DNA of 64,000 nt from Pseudohongiellaceae bacterium (GCA_047617605.1 JBLGBJ010000008.1:17866-81865); one strand, 5' to 3'. Shown: positions 37,435-48,076, counted from the first letter of the stretch. Program-made: numbers and translations. Notes: generated by a model not told the origin, from the letters alone.

Positions 37435-39198
37435 ATGTACGAAGAAAACTTCTTAGTCGATGCGCTTTACTATCTTTGCGCCGCGGTTATCGCTGTTCCG
37501 CTTTTTAAGAAAATTGGTCTCGGTTCAATCCTGGGCTATCTTTGTGCCGGTGTAGTGTTAGGCCCGCATGTTCTCGGTTTGGTTAGTGATCCAGAAGGAG
37601 TTCTTCATTTTGCTGAGTACGGTGTAATCCTTTTACTGTTCATTATTGGCTTGGAGTTAGCGCCACAAAAGCTCTGGACCATGCGCGGTCAGATTGGCTT
37701 GATAGGAGGCAGTCAGCTGGTGATTTCTGCCGTTGTTTTAACTGGCACTTTCTACCTTAGTGCACTCAGCTTCCAACAATCCTTGGTGCTGGGCTTGGCC
37801 CTTGGCCTATCTTCGACGGCATTCGCAATTCAGCTGATGAGTGAAGAGCGAATTCTTGCCTCCCCTTTAGGCCGCAAAGGTTTCTCTATTCTCCTGCTGC
37901 AAGATTTGGCAGTTATTCCGATTTTACTGCTTGTTGGAGTTTTGGGGCAAAATGGCGGACCGGGCGAAAGCTCTTACCCGTGGTATTACTCGATCGCAGC
38001 CGTTGTTGGTGTCTTGATATTCGGTCGATTCGGGCTAAACCATGTGCTCGCAATGGTGGCCCAAACCAATAATAGAGAGGTAATGACAGCAGCAAGTTTG
38101 CTGATTGTAGTTAGCGTTGCCGTGTTAATGGACACCGTCTCTCTTTCTATGGGCTTGGGCGCTTTTCTCGCAGGGATTATGTTGGCAAATTCTGATTTTA
38201 GGCATCAGATTGAATCAGACATAGAGCCCTTTAAGGGGATATTGCTAGGCTTGTTTTTTATCGCTGTGGGCATGACGCTCAATGTCGATCTGTTTCTGCA
38301 AAACCCCTTTCTGATGCTGTCGGCCGCGTTGGCGCTGATCATCATTAAAACCCTTGTAATCGCGGCGGTTCTTAGAAGAAATCGTGTCTCATATAAAGAG
38401 GGGTTTCAGCTTGGGCTGATCCTTTCGCAAGGGGGGGAGTTTGCTTTTGTAATTTTGTCCGAAGCTTCTCAAGCGGGATTGTTCAGCGCAGAGATATCCG
38501 GCCAAGTTACTCTGGTAGTTGGTTTGTCGATGGCGCTGACATCGCCTCTTGTAGTTCTACACCGTAAAATTTGGCACGCGCGCAGTGAATCTCAGCCGGA
38601 ACAAAATGCGCACTGGGATACTCATGAGCCTGAGGTGATCATTGCTGGGTTTGGACGTTTTGGCCAAATCATCGGCCGAATGCTGGCAGCTCGTCATATT
38701 CCCTTTACCGCAATGGACAAGAGTCCAGCCCATGTGGAATTTGTTAAGCAATTTGGCAATAGAATTTTTTTCGGGAACATGACTCGGCTTGAGCTCATGC
38801 GATCGGCTGGAATTAAGCACGCGAAAATAATGGTTGTTGCTGTAGATGATATCGAAGAATCGCTTGAGATTGTTGCGCTGGTGAAAAAGCAAAATCCAAG
38901 AACGCACATCATTGCTCGTGCAACCGATCGCACTCATGCTCGGCGCTTATTAGCTAGCGGCGTTGAACATGTGATTAGAGATACCTTCGCCAGCAGCTTG
39001 GAGGCGGCGACGAGAACCCTCGAGCAATTAGGTTATCCAGAAGGCCGCGCCCTTGAATTCACCGAAATGTTTCGTAATCACGATGAGACTATGCTGCAAA
39101 ACTCAGTTGAGCATGTAGATGATGTTGATAAGCTTCACAAACTAGCACGTGAGGGCCGGCAAGAGTTGCAAGAGCTTTTCGAAAAAGATAGCCGTTGA
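37435..39198 (+). CDS. kefC: CPA2 cation:proton antiporter, glutathione-regulated K+ efflux (KefB/KefC-like) with RCK/TrkA-N domain
   Basis: 587 aa. N-terminal 12-13 TM Na_H exchanger domain (GSILGYLCAGVVLGP) and a C-terminal Rossmann domain GFGRFGQIIGRML. Confidence 0.88.
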   Translation: MYEENFLVDALYYLCAAVIAVPLFKKIGLGSILGYLCAGVVLGPHVLGLVSDPEGVLHFAEYGVILLLFIIGLELAPQKLWTMRGQIGLIGGSQLVISAVVLTGTFYLSALSFQQSLVLGLALGLSSTAFAIQLMSEERILASPLGRKGFSILLLQDLAVIPILLLVGVLGQNGGPGESSYPWYYSIAAVVGVLIFGRFGLNHVLAMVAQTNNREVMTAASLLIVVSVAVLMDTVSLSMGLGAFLAGIMLANSDFRHQIESDIEPFKGILLGLFFIAVGMTLNVDLFLQNPFLMLSAALALIIIKTLVIAAVLRRNRVSYKEGFQLGLILSQGGEFAFVILSEASQAGLFSAEISGQVTLVVGLSMALTSPLVVLHRKIWHARSESQPEQNAHWDTHEPEVIIAGFGRFGQIIGRMLAARHIPFTAMDKSPAHVEFVKQFGNRIFFGNMTRLELMRSAGIKHAKIMVVAVDDIEESLEIVALVKKQNPRTHIIARATDRTHARRLLASGVEHVIRDTFASSLEAATRTLEQLGYPEGRALEFTEMFRNHDETMLQNSVEHVDDVDKLHKLAREGRQELQELFEKDSR

Positions 39199-39199
39199 G

Positions 39200-40111
39200 T
39201 TAGCGGCTCGCTGTCACGTTCATCTTTATCGAGTAGAGGCTTGTTCTTGCAGTAATGAATAATGTCTTTCCGTCTGCGCCACCGAAGCCAACATTCGCTG
39301 GCATCTGCGGCGTTTGAATAAACTCTATTTGCTCACCTTGAGGGTTGCGCACGCTAATGCCCCCAACCCAAGTTAGATAAACATTGCCGTGTTGATCCAG
39401 AGTCATACCATCAGAGCCTTGGTCGGCGAATTCGATTCTGTTATCGAGAGAACCGTCCGCATTTATATCAAACCGGAAAACCTTTCGAAGCTCAGTACTG
39501 GCAATATAAAGGTACGCCCCATCCTCTGTACCAACTACGCCGTTGGGCTTGGGTATGTCTGTAATCACTGGTACTACATGACTTCGATCTGGGCTGATTA
39601 GGTATACATACTCACCGTCTTGAGAAATCTCTCCAGGGGGAAAGTTGTACCTTGGGTCAGTAAAATAAATGCTGCCGTTGGGGTTAACCCAAAGATCATT
39701 AGGACTGTTGAAAGGCTTGTCAGCATAGCTGTCGACTACTATAGACACGCTGCCGTCTGCGGCCAATTTGCTGATTCGCTGTCCAGACTGCTCGCAGATC
39801 AATAAGCTGCCATCTAAATCCAATGTCAATCCGTTCGCATGATTACTTGGCGAATAAACCGCTGATATCTGGCCGCTAGCGGTCATTTTGTGTACAGTAT
39901 TATTGTTGATGTCGGTAAAAAATAGATTACCCATTTGATCTGCAACAGGGCCTTCAAGAAAGCCGAAACCAGAAGCCACCACAATCACTTGCGCCTGCTT
40001 GGCGATTAGTTGGACTGAAGGCGTGGCAGCATTGGCTGAACAGAGGGCATAGACCGAGCAAAATAAGGACACTGCCGCATACCTTAGGAGAGATTGCTTA
40101 AAATTTTGCAT
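39200..40111 (-). CDS. SMP-30/gluconolactonase/LRE-family beta-propeller protein, secreted
   Basis: The ATG at 40111 (MQNFKQSLLRYAAVSLFCSVYALCSANA) gives a signal peptide. Repeated propeller motifs (GFLEGPV, NGLTLD, PNDLWV, PNGV, DGMTLD). The track ORF extends to 40240. Confidence 0.85.
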   Translation of the reverse strand: MQNFKQSLLRYAAVSLFCSVYALCSANAATPSVQLIAKQAQVIVVASGFGFLEGPVADQMGNLFFTDINNNTVHKMTASGQISAVYSPSNHANGLTLDLDGSLLICEQSGQRISKLAADGSVSIVVDSYADKPFNSPNDLWVNPNGSIYFTDPRYNFPPGEISQDGEYVYLISPDRSHVVPVITDIPKPNGVVGTEDGAYLYIASTELRKVFRFDINADGSLDNRIEFADQGSDGMTLDQHGNVYLTWVGGISVRNPQGEQIEFIQTPQMPANVGFGGADGKTLFITARTSLYSIKMNVTASR

Positions 40112-40420
40112 AGTAAATTGCCTGTGGGGTCGTATAAGCGGTCGCATTGAGAGCCGGATCAAAGAGTGTCTCCAGTGTTGCATAAAAAATAGCATAGAAT
40201 GCGAGTCAATAGTCACAAGAGCACACCGCGGAAGATCCAAATTTTAGCGTTAAAAGACTTTATTGCGGAAGATGTCTCACTCGAAGAGCACAAGTGATCC
40301 CAACGGTCATTGTATAGCGTATAATCACTGTTCCCTATTCAAGTGTTAAATTGCTGACGTCGACTATTGAAGAGACAAGTAAGCTTGGATTAAATTCTAA
40401 TCATTTGCGGCAATAGATTC

Positions 40421-41473
40421 ATGACAAAAGCAGTAATCCTTCTCAATTTAGGTACACCATCTGAGCCCACGGCTAAAGGCCTTCGAGATTTCTACAAGTA
40501 TTTTTTCTCAGACCCTTTCGTATTCGATTTCAACCCAATTGGCCGGTGGCTCCTCAGAAATTTGATCATCATTCCTTTTCGAGCACCTAAAACAGCTAAG
40601 GACTATGCTGAGATATGGATGGAGGGGGGCTCACCGCTAAAAGTCTACGCAGATCGTCTCCAGAGCAGCCTGCAGGGTATGTTTGACGAAGCGGGTGAAG
40701 ATATCGCTGTATTCAATGGAATGGGCTACAGTAAGCCGTTTGTCTGGGATGCAATGGCGGCAATTAAAGAGCAAGGCATAACTGAAATTCTCGTGCTGCC
40801 CATGTTTCCCCAGTATTCGACTGCCACCACCGCTTCGGTATTTCACGAAGTCAAAGAGCAAGCGAAGAAATGGGAGACAGAGCCTAAAATCCATTTCGTC
40901 GACGACCTTTATAGTGAGCCTGCATTCATTCGTGCATGGACTATATTGATCACTAAGCATCTTGAGATTAAGGATTATGATCACGTAATTTTTAGTTATC
41001 ACGGTCTTCCGGAGCAGACGATTAAGAAATACGATCCTGAAAACTATTGTCAATTTGGCGATTGTTGTAAAACTATCACCGCTAAAAACCGACTTTGCTA
41101 CCGGGCTCAATGTGTTCAAACTACCCTAGGAATCGTTGAATCCTTGGGATGGAGCGAAGACAAATATTCCATCGCTTTTCAGTCCAGATTTGGCAAGCAG
41201 CCGTGGATAAAGCCGTATCTTGATGAGCACATGATTGGATTGGTCGAGAAAGGCCTGAAAAAAGTGGCCGTGGTGACTCCGTCGTTTGTCTCGGACTGTC
41301 TAGAAACTATCCATGAAATTGGCATTGAATATAATGAGGAATTCATTGAGGCGGGTGGAGAAGTGTTTCAGCTTGTACCAAATTTGAATGACGATCCAGC
41401 ATGGTTTCGGTCAGTTTATGAAATTTCCAATAAGCATTTAGCATTGATGCCTGTGCCAGAACCTGTTTCTTGA
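40421..41473 (+). CDS. hemH: ferrochelatase
   Basis: 350 aa. N-terminal LLNLGTP, PMFPQYS, and FSYHGLP with the catalytic His. Confidence 0.9.
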   Translation: MTKAVILLNLGTPSEPTAKGLRDFYKYFFSDPFVFDFNPIGRWLLRNLIIIPFRAPKTAKDYAEIWMEGGSPLKVYADRLQSSLQGMFDEAGEDIAVFNGMGYSKPFVWDAMAAIKEQGITEILVLPMFPQYSTATTASVFHEVKEQAKKWETEPKIHFVDDLYSEPAFIRAWTILITKHLEIKDYDHVIFSYHGLPEQTIKKYDPENYCQFGDCCKTITAKNRLCYRAQCVQTTLGIVESLGWSEDKYSIAFQSRFGKQPWIKPYLDEHMIGLVEKGLKKVAVVTPSFVSDCLETIHEIGIEYNEEFIEAGGEVFQLVPNLNDDPAWFRSVYEISNKHLALMPVPEPVS

Positions 41474-41693
41474 GATTGCTCTCAACTTACTTTTTTTGGC
41501 CGCACAATATAGGGAGCTGATTAGAATTTCACGATATTCTACGCGCTTTTAATCAGGGCGCTTTAACCCGCTTTCCATAGTTTGTGATCGGAAAAATTGA
41601 GCCAATAAAGTTCTTCGGTGAAAGATCAGTTTAGGCCTGCGGGTTTATAATTGATAATAAGAATTGATGCATAAACGAGTGACCCCTTAAAAC

Positions 41694-43469
41694 GTGTTTT
41701 TAATAAATCATATTTTCTACCTATGGAATGGCGGCCTTGACCCGAAAAAGGCAGATCCGATCACCCTCCGTGAGCGCAGAACCTTAGCCAGCACTATATT
41801 TTTAGTATTGCCCGTGGCTATCGGTTTGATTGTTTCTAATTTGTACACCGGCGGTGCCCGCGACAATGTCTATATTGCGGCGGCCACCATAATCGTATTT
41901 TTAAGTTTGTATATTCAAGCTTATTTGAACAGACAACTGCTCGCTTCCCAAATCCCTATTTTCGCTTTTTGGGTAGTTATGTGTCTGGCTATGATGACAG
42001 TGGGGGTTGGAGGTAATACCTGGGCTTGGCTGCTTTGTTTACCGGCCATCGGACTGCTGGTTGCCGGGCGCGTGGCAGGAGTCATATGGGCTGTTATTTG
42101 CATTATCACTCTTTGGGTTTTCGCGGTGATGGAGTCCCGGGGTTATTACTTCGAATATGCCCAAGGCATTGGTGCGAAAGCGCCCTTTGCTCTGGCGCTG
42201 GAGGCGTCTCTGGTTTTAACAATGCTCACAGCGGCGGCGTTTGTCTTTAGAAATGGGCAGGTCGTAGCTGAGTTGAAGTTGAATCAAACCGTTAAGCAAT
42301 TAGAAAAAGAAGTGCATGAAAGGACTTTAGCAGAAAATGAAGCCAAACAGTCCGAGCAGGCTAAGTCCACATTTCTTGCCGCGATGAGTCATGAACTTCG
42401 AACGCCGCTAAATGGGGTCATTGGTGCGTCGCAATTGCTTGCTGATGGTGAATTACCTAGCAAGAAAATGGAATTGGTCAATGTCGTATTGCAAAGCAGC
42501 GAAACTCTGCTGGAGCTAATCAACAATGTTCTCGACTTGACTAGGCTGGATTCCAATACCATCGAGCTTGAATCTCTGTCATTAGATTTGAGGGACTTAA
42601 CTGAAAAGACAGTGGCACCGTTAAGCTTTCAATCTCGCGAAAAAAACGTCAATTTCAGCTTGGTAGTCGAAGATGACATTCCGAGCTATGTGTATGGAGA
42701 TCCGATTCGCCTGCGGCAAATTATTCTTAATTTAGTAGGCAACGCAGTCAAGTTTACGAATGCTGGAGAGATTTCCGTCATCTTGGATACGGCATTAGAT
42801 CGGATACGTTTGAGAATTTCTGATACCGGGATTGGCATTTCTAAGCAGGCCCAAGCAAGCCTTTTCGAGCCCTATGTTCAGGCTGATATAACCATTATGA
42901 GAAAATTCGGCGGTTCTGGATTGGGCCTGACCATCGTAAAAAAGCTGGTTTCTTCTATGGAAGGAAAAATTGTAGTTAGCTCTGTGCCTGGTCGAGGCTC
43001 AACTTTCACAGTCTTTCTGCCGCTCAAAGCCGCACCTGCCCCCATCAAGAAGACATCGAGTCGCTCAGACATGACGTTGCCTCAACTTTCAATTGCGGTT
43101 GCCGATGACAACGCGGTTAATCGCATGTTGCTTTCGAAAATGTTGGAGAGTGATGGTCATGACGTGGTAACAATGTCTAATGGGAAAGAGGTCGTTGAGT
43201 ATCTTGCAAATCATGATGTCGATGTCATTCTCATGGATCTTCAGATGCCGGTTCTTGATGGAGTATCAGCACTGCGGAAAATTCGTGCTATGCCTGGGCC
43301 TCGCTCGAAAACCCCTGTCGTCGCCGTCACTGCGAATGTGGTGATGGAAAAGCCCAAGGAAATGATGGCCCTTGGAATGAATGGTTACTTAAAAAAACCA
43401 TTTTTGTATTCAGAACTACGTGAAGTGCTCGTCAAAGCGATTGCACCTAATCCAGACGCTATCGTCTAA
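41694..43469 (+). CDS. hybrid sensor histidine kinase/response regulator (intact paralog of pseudogene 5690-7479)
   Basis: 591 aa with a GTG start. Multi-TM N-terminus, HisKA MSHELRTPLNG, N-box NLVGNAVKFT, G-box GGSGLGLTIV, and receiver DVILMDLQMPVLDG. Confidence 0.9.
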   Translation: MFLINHIFYLWNGGLDPKKADPITLRERRTLASTIFLVLPVAIGLIVSNLYTGGARDNVYIAAATIIVFLSLYIQAYLNRQLLASQIPIFAFWVVMCLAMMTVGVGGNTWAWLLCLPAIGLLVAGRVAGVIWAVICIITLWVFAVMESRGYYFEYAQGIGAKAPFALALEASLVLTMLTAAAFVFRNGQVVAELKLNQTVKQLEKEVHERTLAENEAKQSEQAKSTFLAAMSHELRTPLNGVIGASQLLADGELPSKKMELVNVVLQSSETLLELINNVLDLTRLDSNTIELESLSLDLRDLTEKTVAPLSFQSREKNVNFSLVVEDDIPSYVYGDPIRLRQIILNLVGNAVKFTNAGEISVILDTALDRIRLRISDTGIGISKQAQASLFEPYVQADITIMRKFGGSGLGLTIVKKLVSSMEGKIVVSSVPGRGSTFTVFLPLKAAPAPIKKTSSRSDMTLPQLSIAVADDNAVNRMLLSKMLESDGHDVVTMSNGKEVVEYLANHDVDVILMDLQMPVLDGVSALRKIRAMPGPRSKTPVVAVTANVVMEKPKEMMALGMNGYLKKPFLYSELREVLVKAIAPNPDAIV

Positions 43470-43642
43470 ATGATAGTCATTTGTCTGCTGTTAGGTTCTT
43501 GATGTTAGATCTCACTTCGACACCTTGCCCGGTCACTTTGCATCAAACCTAGTGCCCTACAAGCTATTTATTGATGTAGATCAAAATTTTTCTATACCGC
43601 CTAGTTATTCTGATTTCGTAACCAATGAAAAAGGGGTAACGC

Positions 43643-43771
43643 ATGAAAATCCAAGCTAATGAGCATAATCAAGAACGCGAGGCTCGGCTTGTGCCCGTAA
43701 TTGGCATAATTTTGCTGTGTAGTGTCGGCATAATTACCGGGTCATATTTTGTCGGGAATTTTCTTTTTTAA
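43643..43771 (+). CDS. possible 42-aa single-TM peptide
   Basis: AAAGGGG lies 6-7 nt upstream of the ATG. Sequence MKIQANEHNQEREARLVPVIGIILLCSVGIITGSYFVGNFLF. No homology recognisable. Confidence 0.3.
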   Translation: MKIQANEHNQEREARLVPVIGIILLCSVGIITGSYFVGNFLF

Positions 43772-43997
43772 ATTCCCATTTCAGGGCAGGGTTAAGTTGC
43801 TTTTTAGAAGCAGCATCTTAGCAATGTCTTCATTTGATATTAGATAAGTGTTGGAGTCTGTGCTCTGACCCCCTAAACTCTGAGCGTCATAAACCTACTA
43901 AAACCTACTAAGTAGACACCTTAAACTGCTAGAAGAAAAAGTAGCTAAGGAAGGTAGGATCAGAAAAAGAGATAGAAAAGGCACAAAAAAAAGGTAT

Positions 43998-44026
43998 AAA
44001 AAAGAGAGGCATAGCCTCTCTTTTTT
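43998..44026. terminator. Rho-independent terminator downstream of the molybdoenzyme operon
   Basis: AAAAAAGAGAGGC-ATA-GCCTCTCTTTTTT, 29 nt beyond the stop of the FAD-subunit gene. Confidence 0.8.
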
Positions 44027-44054
44027 ATATCAGAGTAGTAACGCTAAATTAAGG

Positions 44055-45044
44055 TTAAGCGCTAATAGCCCGCTTGACTAAGTTCTGCATAAGCGGAACC
44101 TTAAATCCATTGTGTGCCAACTCTCGCGCTCCCTCAGTCGCCATTTCTCCAACGGACTCAGCGGTTGCTGAATTCTTGGCTTGGCCTTTAATAGCATTTT
44201 CTACGTTGGTAACCCGACGTGGGGTACATTGAACAGCACCGCAGACTATTCTTGAGTCTTCGATGTTGCCAGCGTTCACTTTGAACGCTGCCGCCACGCT
44301 CACTAAAGAAAAATCCCAGACATTTCTATCGGCGACTTTCTCAAAGTAGAAGGTGGCATTTGCCCACGTGGCAGGAATTCTTACCGAGGTCAGTATTTCG
44401 CCAGGTCTGAGCACTGTGGTGTTTACAATGTCGATAGCTGGACCTACAAAGTAGTCCTGTGCAGCAACCTCTCTTTCACTGTTTAGGCTGCGAATAACCA
44501 TCGTCGCATCTAAGGCCACCAAAGCAGGTGCTGTATCTGATGCCGATGCTGCTACGCAGCGACTGGCTTCAAACAAAGAATGCTCGCGGTTCATACCTTG
44601 AGGGGTGTCGGCGTAGCAAAGGTTCCCGCCAGCCCTGTAGCAAGATAGTCCGCGGCGGTAGTACCAGCAGCGTACATCTTGAGATATGTTTCCACCGAGG
44701 GTGCCGATGTTTCGTATTTGCGGGCTAGCGACAACAGCGGCAGCATCTGAAAGAACAGAGTAGCGCTCTTTTATAAGCGGGTTGTTTGTAATTTCAGTTA
44801 GCGTCGAGAGAGCGCCTATTTCGATACCGTTTCCAGTATCGCGAATTCCGCGCATCGATTCTATGGCGCTCAAGTCGATCAAGGCATCTGTTGCCTTGGC
44901 GCGATCTTTGAGCCAGCCGTAGGTGTCTTGACCGCCGCCGACTAACCAACCTCTCTCTGCGAGTCGGTCAGCAATAGCCAGAGCGTCTTCTACCTGTACC
45001 GGCTGGTACAGTTCCATATTTGGCATAACGTCATGTGATGGCAT
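44055..45044 (-). CDS. xanthine dehydrogenase-family FAD-binding subunit (PaoB/CoxM-like)
   Basis: 329 aa. FAD-binding PCMH-type region (LVGGGQD, RNIGTLGGNI) and a CO dehydrogenase flavoprotein C-terminal-like domain. Confidence 0.85.
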   Translation of the reverse strand: MPSHDVMPNMELYQPVQVEDALAIADRLAERGWLVGGGQDTYGWLKDRAKATDALIDLSAIESMRGIRDTGNGIEIGALSTLTEITNNPLIKERYSVLSDAAAVVASPQIRNIGTLGGNISQDVRCWYYRRGLSCYRAGGNLCYADTPQGMNREHSLFEASRCVAASASDTAPALVALDATMVIRSLNSEREVAAQDYFVGPAIDIVNTTVLRPGEILTSVRIPATWANATFYFEKVADRNVWDFSLVSVAAAFKVNAGNIEDSRIVCGAVQCTPRRVTNVENAIKGQAKNSATAESVGEMATEGARELAHNGFKVPLMQNLVKRAISA

Positions 45045-45056
45045 TTTTAGCTAACC

Positions 45057-47492
45057 TCAGAATGTATTGGTTTTAAGAGACTTGGAGCTGTAAGACTTGC
45101 CAGCCAAGTGATTAATGATCATATCCGTCGTTGTTGGCGCGGTATTGAATAGATGACCATCCAGCGCATGTGAAATTGCACTAGCGAGCGCAGCAGCAGC
45201 AGCACCTTGAGTTGGTTCACCTATACCTCGACCTCCCGTCGGGTTCTGTGGGTCAGGAATGTTTACTGCGCCCATTTTCGTCTCAACCGGCACATCCATA
45301 TTGGTTGGTGGCTTGCTTTGATAAAGACCGGTATTTGCTGGTAGGCCATTTTGTGGATCGTAGACGTGACGTTCTAATGCCGTCATGCCTATTCCCCAGA
45401 CCATGCCGCCACGCATCGCGTTATCGAAATTCTTTGGATGAACAACAGTTCCGCAGTCAGCAACTGCGGCGTAATCCAAGATTTCAAATTTGCCAGTGCC
45501 GGTATCCATTTCAATTTCGCAAAAGCCAACCAGAATTCCTGGTGGTTGGCCTTGGCCTGGAATCTTGTCTTTGGCGACACCAATCAAACCTGTTCCAGCT
45601 AGCCCTTGAACAGCACGCTGGGTGATTGGATTGATATCGTCCGGGTACTCATTGCCGCTGAATTTACCGCCTAGATCGATAGCTCTCTGAGCGGCTTCAG
45701 CATAGGTCATGCCTTGTTGCGGGTTTGAGCTTAAATAGACTCTCTCGTCGCCAATCATATAATCATCAGCGGAACCGCCAAGATCATTGGCCGCGATTTC
45801 TTTGAGCTTGCTAATGGCATCTTGCGCCGCTACCCAGTTAGTTCGGGTATGCGTGAAGATGGTATTAGAGCCACCTTGTCCTGAACTATGTGGCAAGTGA
45901 TTGTCGGTGCGTCCTCTAAGGATTTCACAACGTTCCCACGGTACTTGTAGTGCTTGCGCCGCCGCTCGGCAGGTGCCCGCATAGGAATAAGTTCCTAAAT
46001 TACCGACACCGCTGTGAATATAGAGCTTGCCGTCGGTGCCAATGCGCACCAATCCGTCATAGCCACGACCACCAGCACCGTGATAGCCAATGCCAACTCC
46101 GATGCCGCGAACTTTATTGCCGTCGCGTTTTGGTTTCGCAAGCTTTTCATCCCAGCCGAATAATCTTTGGCCATGTTCCAATGCTTCCTTTACAAAGGCA
46201 CTGGTCACCGGCCCCTGGCTGCCGCCTTGGAATCCGTCACTGTTTATTGCATTAACCTTTCTAAAAGCAACGCGGTCCATGCCAATAGCATTTGCCGCTT
46301 TGTCAGCCATAGGGGCTAATACTGCAGCCATCTCGTTCTGTCCCGGGCCGCGCTGGGCACCCCGCGGGGTTGTATTGGTATAGACTGAGATATGTCTAAA
46401 GCGCATTGCTTCTGGCTGGTATGCAACGGTTACGTGTTGAGCAGATGAATTGCCACTGCCGCCACCGGTCATGCCACCATCGTTGACGATGATAAGGTCT
46501 ACAGCAGACACTTTACCGTCTGCTTTGACGCCCATCTTCATCCAGCCTTGCATGCCTGAGCGAGCCGAACCGATATAGAATTCTTGCTCACGTGTGATAC
46601 GCAGCTGAACGGGACGGTTTAAAACCTTAGCAAAATTTCCGGTAATTGCCATATAGGGGTAGGGGCCGATTTTGGAGCCAAAGCCACCGCCGGTTGCCTC
46701 GTTGATGAACACCAGATCACTTGGATCGATGTTCAACATACGGGCAAGGCCATTATCATTGGCACTTTGGCTTTGTGATGAGCCATGGAAATAGCACTTT
46801 CCATTTTCCCAATAAGCCATGCCAGTGCGTGCTTCCAATGAGTGGTGTGGATAGCCCATCGTCACGAAAGGCTCTTCGATTATAGTGGCTGCTTCTGCAA
46901 AGCCGGCTTCTAAATCGCCAAATTCCCATTCGCGAGTAAACTCTGCGCCGACCGGTTCTTTGCCAGCTTTAAAAGCATCAATAGCTGCTTGCGTCCATTT
47001 GATATCTTTTATCTCTGCGCCCACGATAGGGGTTCCCTCAGGACCTTCTTCGCGAGTACGAACAAGAGTATTTCCCTCTGGATAAGCATTTGGGCCGCCT
47101 GGCGCGAGGCTATCTAAGGGGTCTACGCAAAATGCTCGACGCTCGTATTGAATCTTAATTTTGGCGATTGCTGATTCTGCGATTTCTTCTGTGGTTGCAG
47201 CGACCGCTAGGATCGGCTGACCAACGTAGGTGATGTACTCAGATGCCAATGCAGGGTTTGCCGGTGGTGGCACTGGAGGTAGGTCGTCAGCAGTAAAAAT
47301 ACCAACTACACCATCCATACGCATCGCTTCAGACGCGTCTATGCTAATTACGCGGCCGCTAGGCATCGGGCTAGTTAATAATCTGGCAAAGACCATACCT
47401 TCTTTTTTGTAGTCTTCGGCGTATTTAATCTCTCCAGTGACTTTTCCGGGCACGTCGGGTGGGATGAAATCAAAACCTATATGAGTATTCAT
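45057..47492 (-). CDS. xanthine dehydrogenase/aldehyde oxidase-family molybdopterin-binding large subunit (PaoC-like)
   Basis: 811 aa. a/b hammerhead N-terminus and Moco-binding signatures (GGGFGSK, the GxGEP-type motif GIGEPT near the C-terminus). Confidence 0.9.
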   Translation of the reverse strand: MNTHIGFDFIPPDVPGKVTGEIKYAEDYKKEGMVFARLLTSPMPSGRVISIDASEAMRMDGVVGIFTADDLPPVPPPANPALASEYITYVGQPILAVAATTEEIAESAIAKIKIQYERRAFCVDPLDSLAPGGPNAYPEGNTLVRTREEGPEGTPIVGAEIKDIKWTQAAIDAFKAGKEPVGAEFTREWEFGDLEAGFAEAATIIEEPFVTMGYPHHSLEARTGMAYWENGKCYFHGSSQSQSANDNGLARMLNIDPSDLVFINEATGGGFGSKIGPYPYMAITGNFAKVLNRPVQLRITREQEFYIGSARSGMQGWMKMGVKADGKVSAVDLIIVNDGGMTGGGSGNSSAQHVTVAYQPEAMRFRHISVYTNTTPRGAQRGPGQNEMAAVLAPMADKAANAIGMDRVAFRKVNAINSDGFQGGSQGPVTSAFVKEALEHGQRLFGWDEKLAKPKRDGNKVRGIGVGIGYHGAGGRGYDGLVRIGTDGKLYIHSGVGNLGTYSYAGTCRAAAQALQVPWERCEILRGRTDNHLPHSSGQGGSNTIFTHTRTNWVAAQDAISKLKEIAANDLGGSADDYMIGDERVYLSSNPQQGMTYAEAAQRAIDLGGKFSGNEYPDDINPITQRAVQGLAGTGLIGVAKDKIPGQGQPPGILVGFCEIEMDTGTGKFEILDYAAVADCGTVVHPKNFDNAMRGGMVWGIGMTALERHVYDPQNGLPANTGLYQSKPPTNMDVPVETKMGAVNIPDPQNPTGGRGIGEPTQGAAAAALASAISHALDGHLFNTAPTTTDMIINHLAGKSYSSKSLKTNTF

Positions 47493-48076
47493 GCTAATTG
47501 CCCCGAGGCGCGCAGGACGCCATTTAGATAATGTTCATAAGCGCCGCAGCGACAGAGATTACCTGAAAGTGCCTGTCGGGCTTGTGCTTTGGTGGGTTTT
47601 GGGTTGCTGTTCAAAAGAGCAACCGCCGACATCACTTGCCCCGGAGTGCAAAATCCACACTGTGGTGCATTTTCAGCAATAAAGGCTTGCTGAACAGCGT
47701 GCAGAGTTCCGTCGGCAGATTTAACTCCCTCTATCGACATTATCGCTTTGTCTTTAACGTTGTGGGTTAGGACCGAGCAAGAGTAATTTGGCTCGCCGTC
47801 CAGTAGCACTGTGCAGGCACCACATTCGCCTCTATTACAGCCTATTTTGGTTCCGGTTAGATCCAGTTTGTAGCGAAGTGTATAAGCAAGAGTTTCCGAT
47901 GGCATTACATCGACAGGGCGGCTGCGTCCATTAACATTGAGTGTTATCAAGCGTTCGGCCGCAGTCTGTCCCGGTTGGGCATTTGCAGCGAGGTAGAATC
48001 CAGTGCCAGTAGTTGCAGCAGCACCGGAGAAAATGACCCCCTTGATAAAACGTCGGCGAGTAAGTTTTGAGTTCAC
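47489..48076 (-). CDS. (2Fe-2S)-binding small subunit with Tat signal (PaoA-like)
   Basis: 195 aa with a GTG start. Twin-arginine TRRRFIKG. Plant-type ferredoxin cluster CNRGECGACTV and second cluster CGFCTPG...CRCG. Overlaps the large-subunit start by 4 nt. Confidence 0.9.
   Translation of the reverse strand: MNSKLTRRRFIKGVIFSGAAATTGTGFYLAANAQPGQTAAERLITLNVNGRSRPVDVMPSETLAYTLRYKLDLTGTKIGCNRGECGACTVLLDGEPNYSCSVLTHNVKDKAIMSIEGVKSADGTLHAVQQAFIAENAPQCGFCTPGQVMSAVALLNSNPKPTKAQARQALSGNLCRCGAYEHYLNGVLRASGQLA

Noticed and set aside
43891-43912. Short tandem duplication AACCTACTAA x2
   Set aside because: Two copies of a 10-mer in AT-rich spacer are too short to carry meaning.
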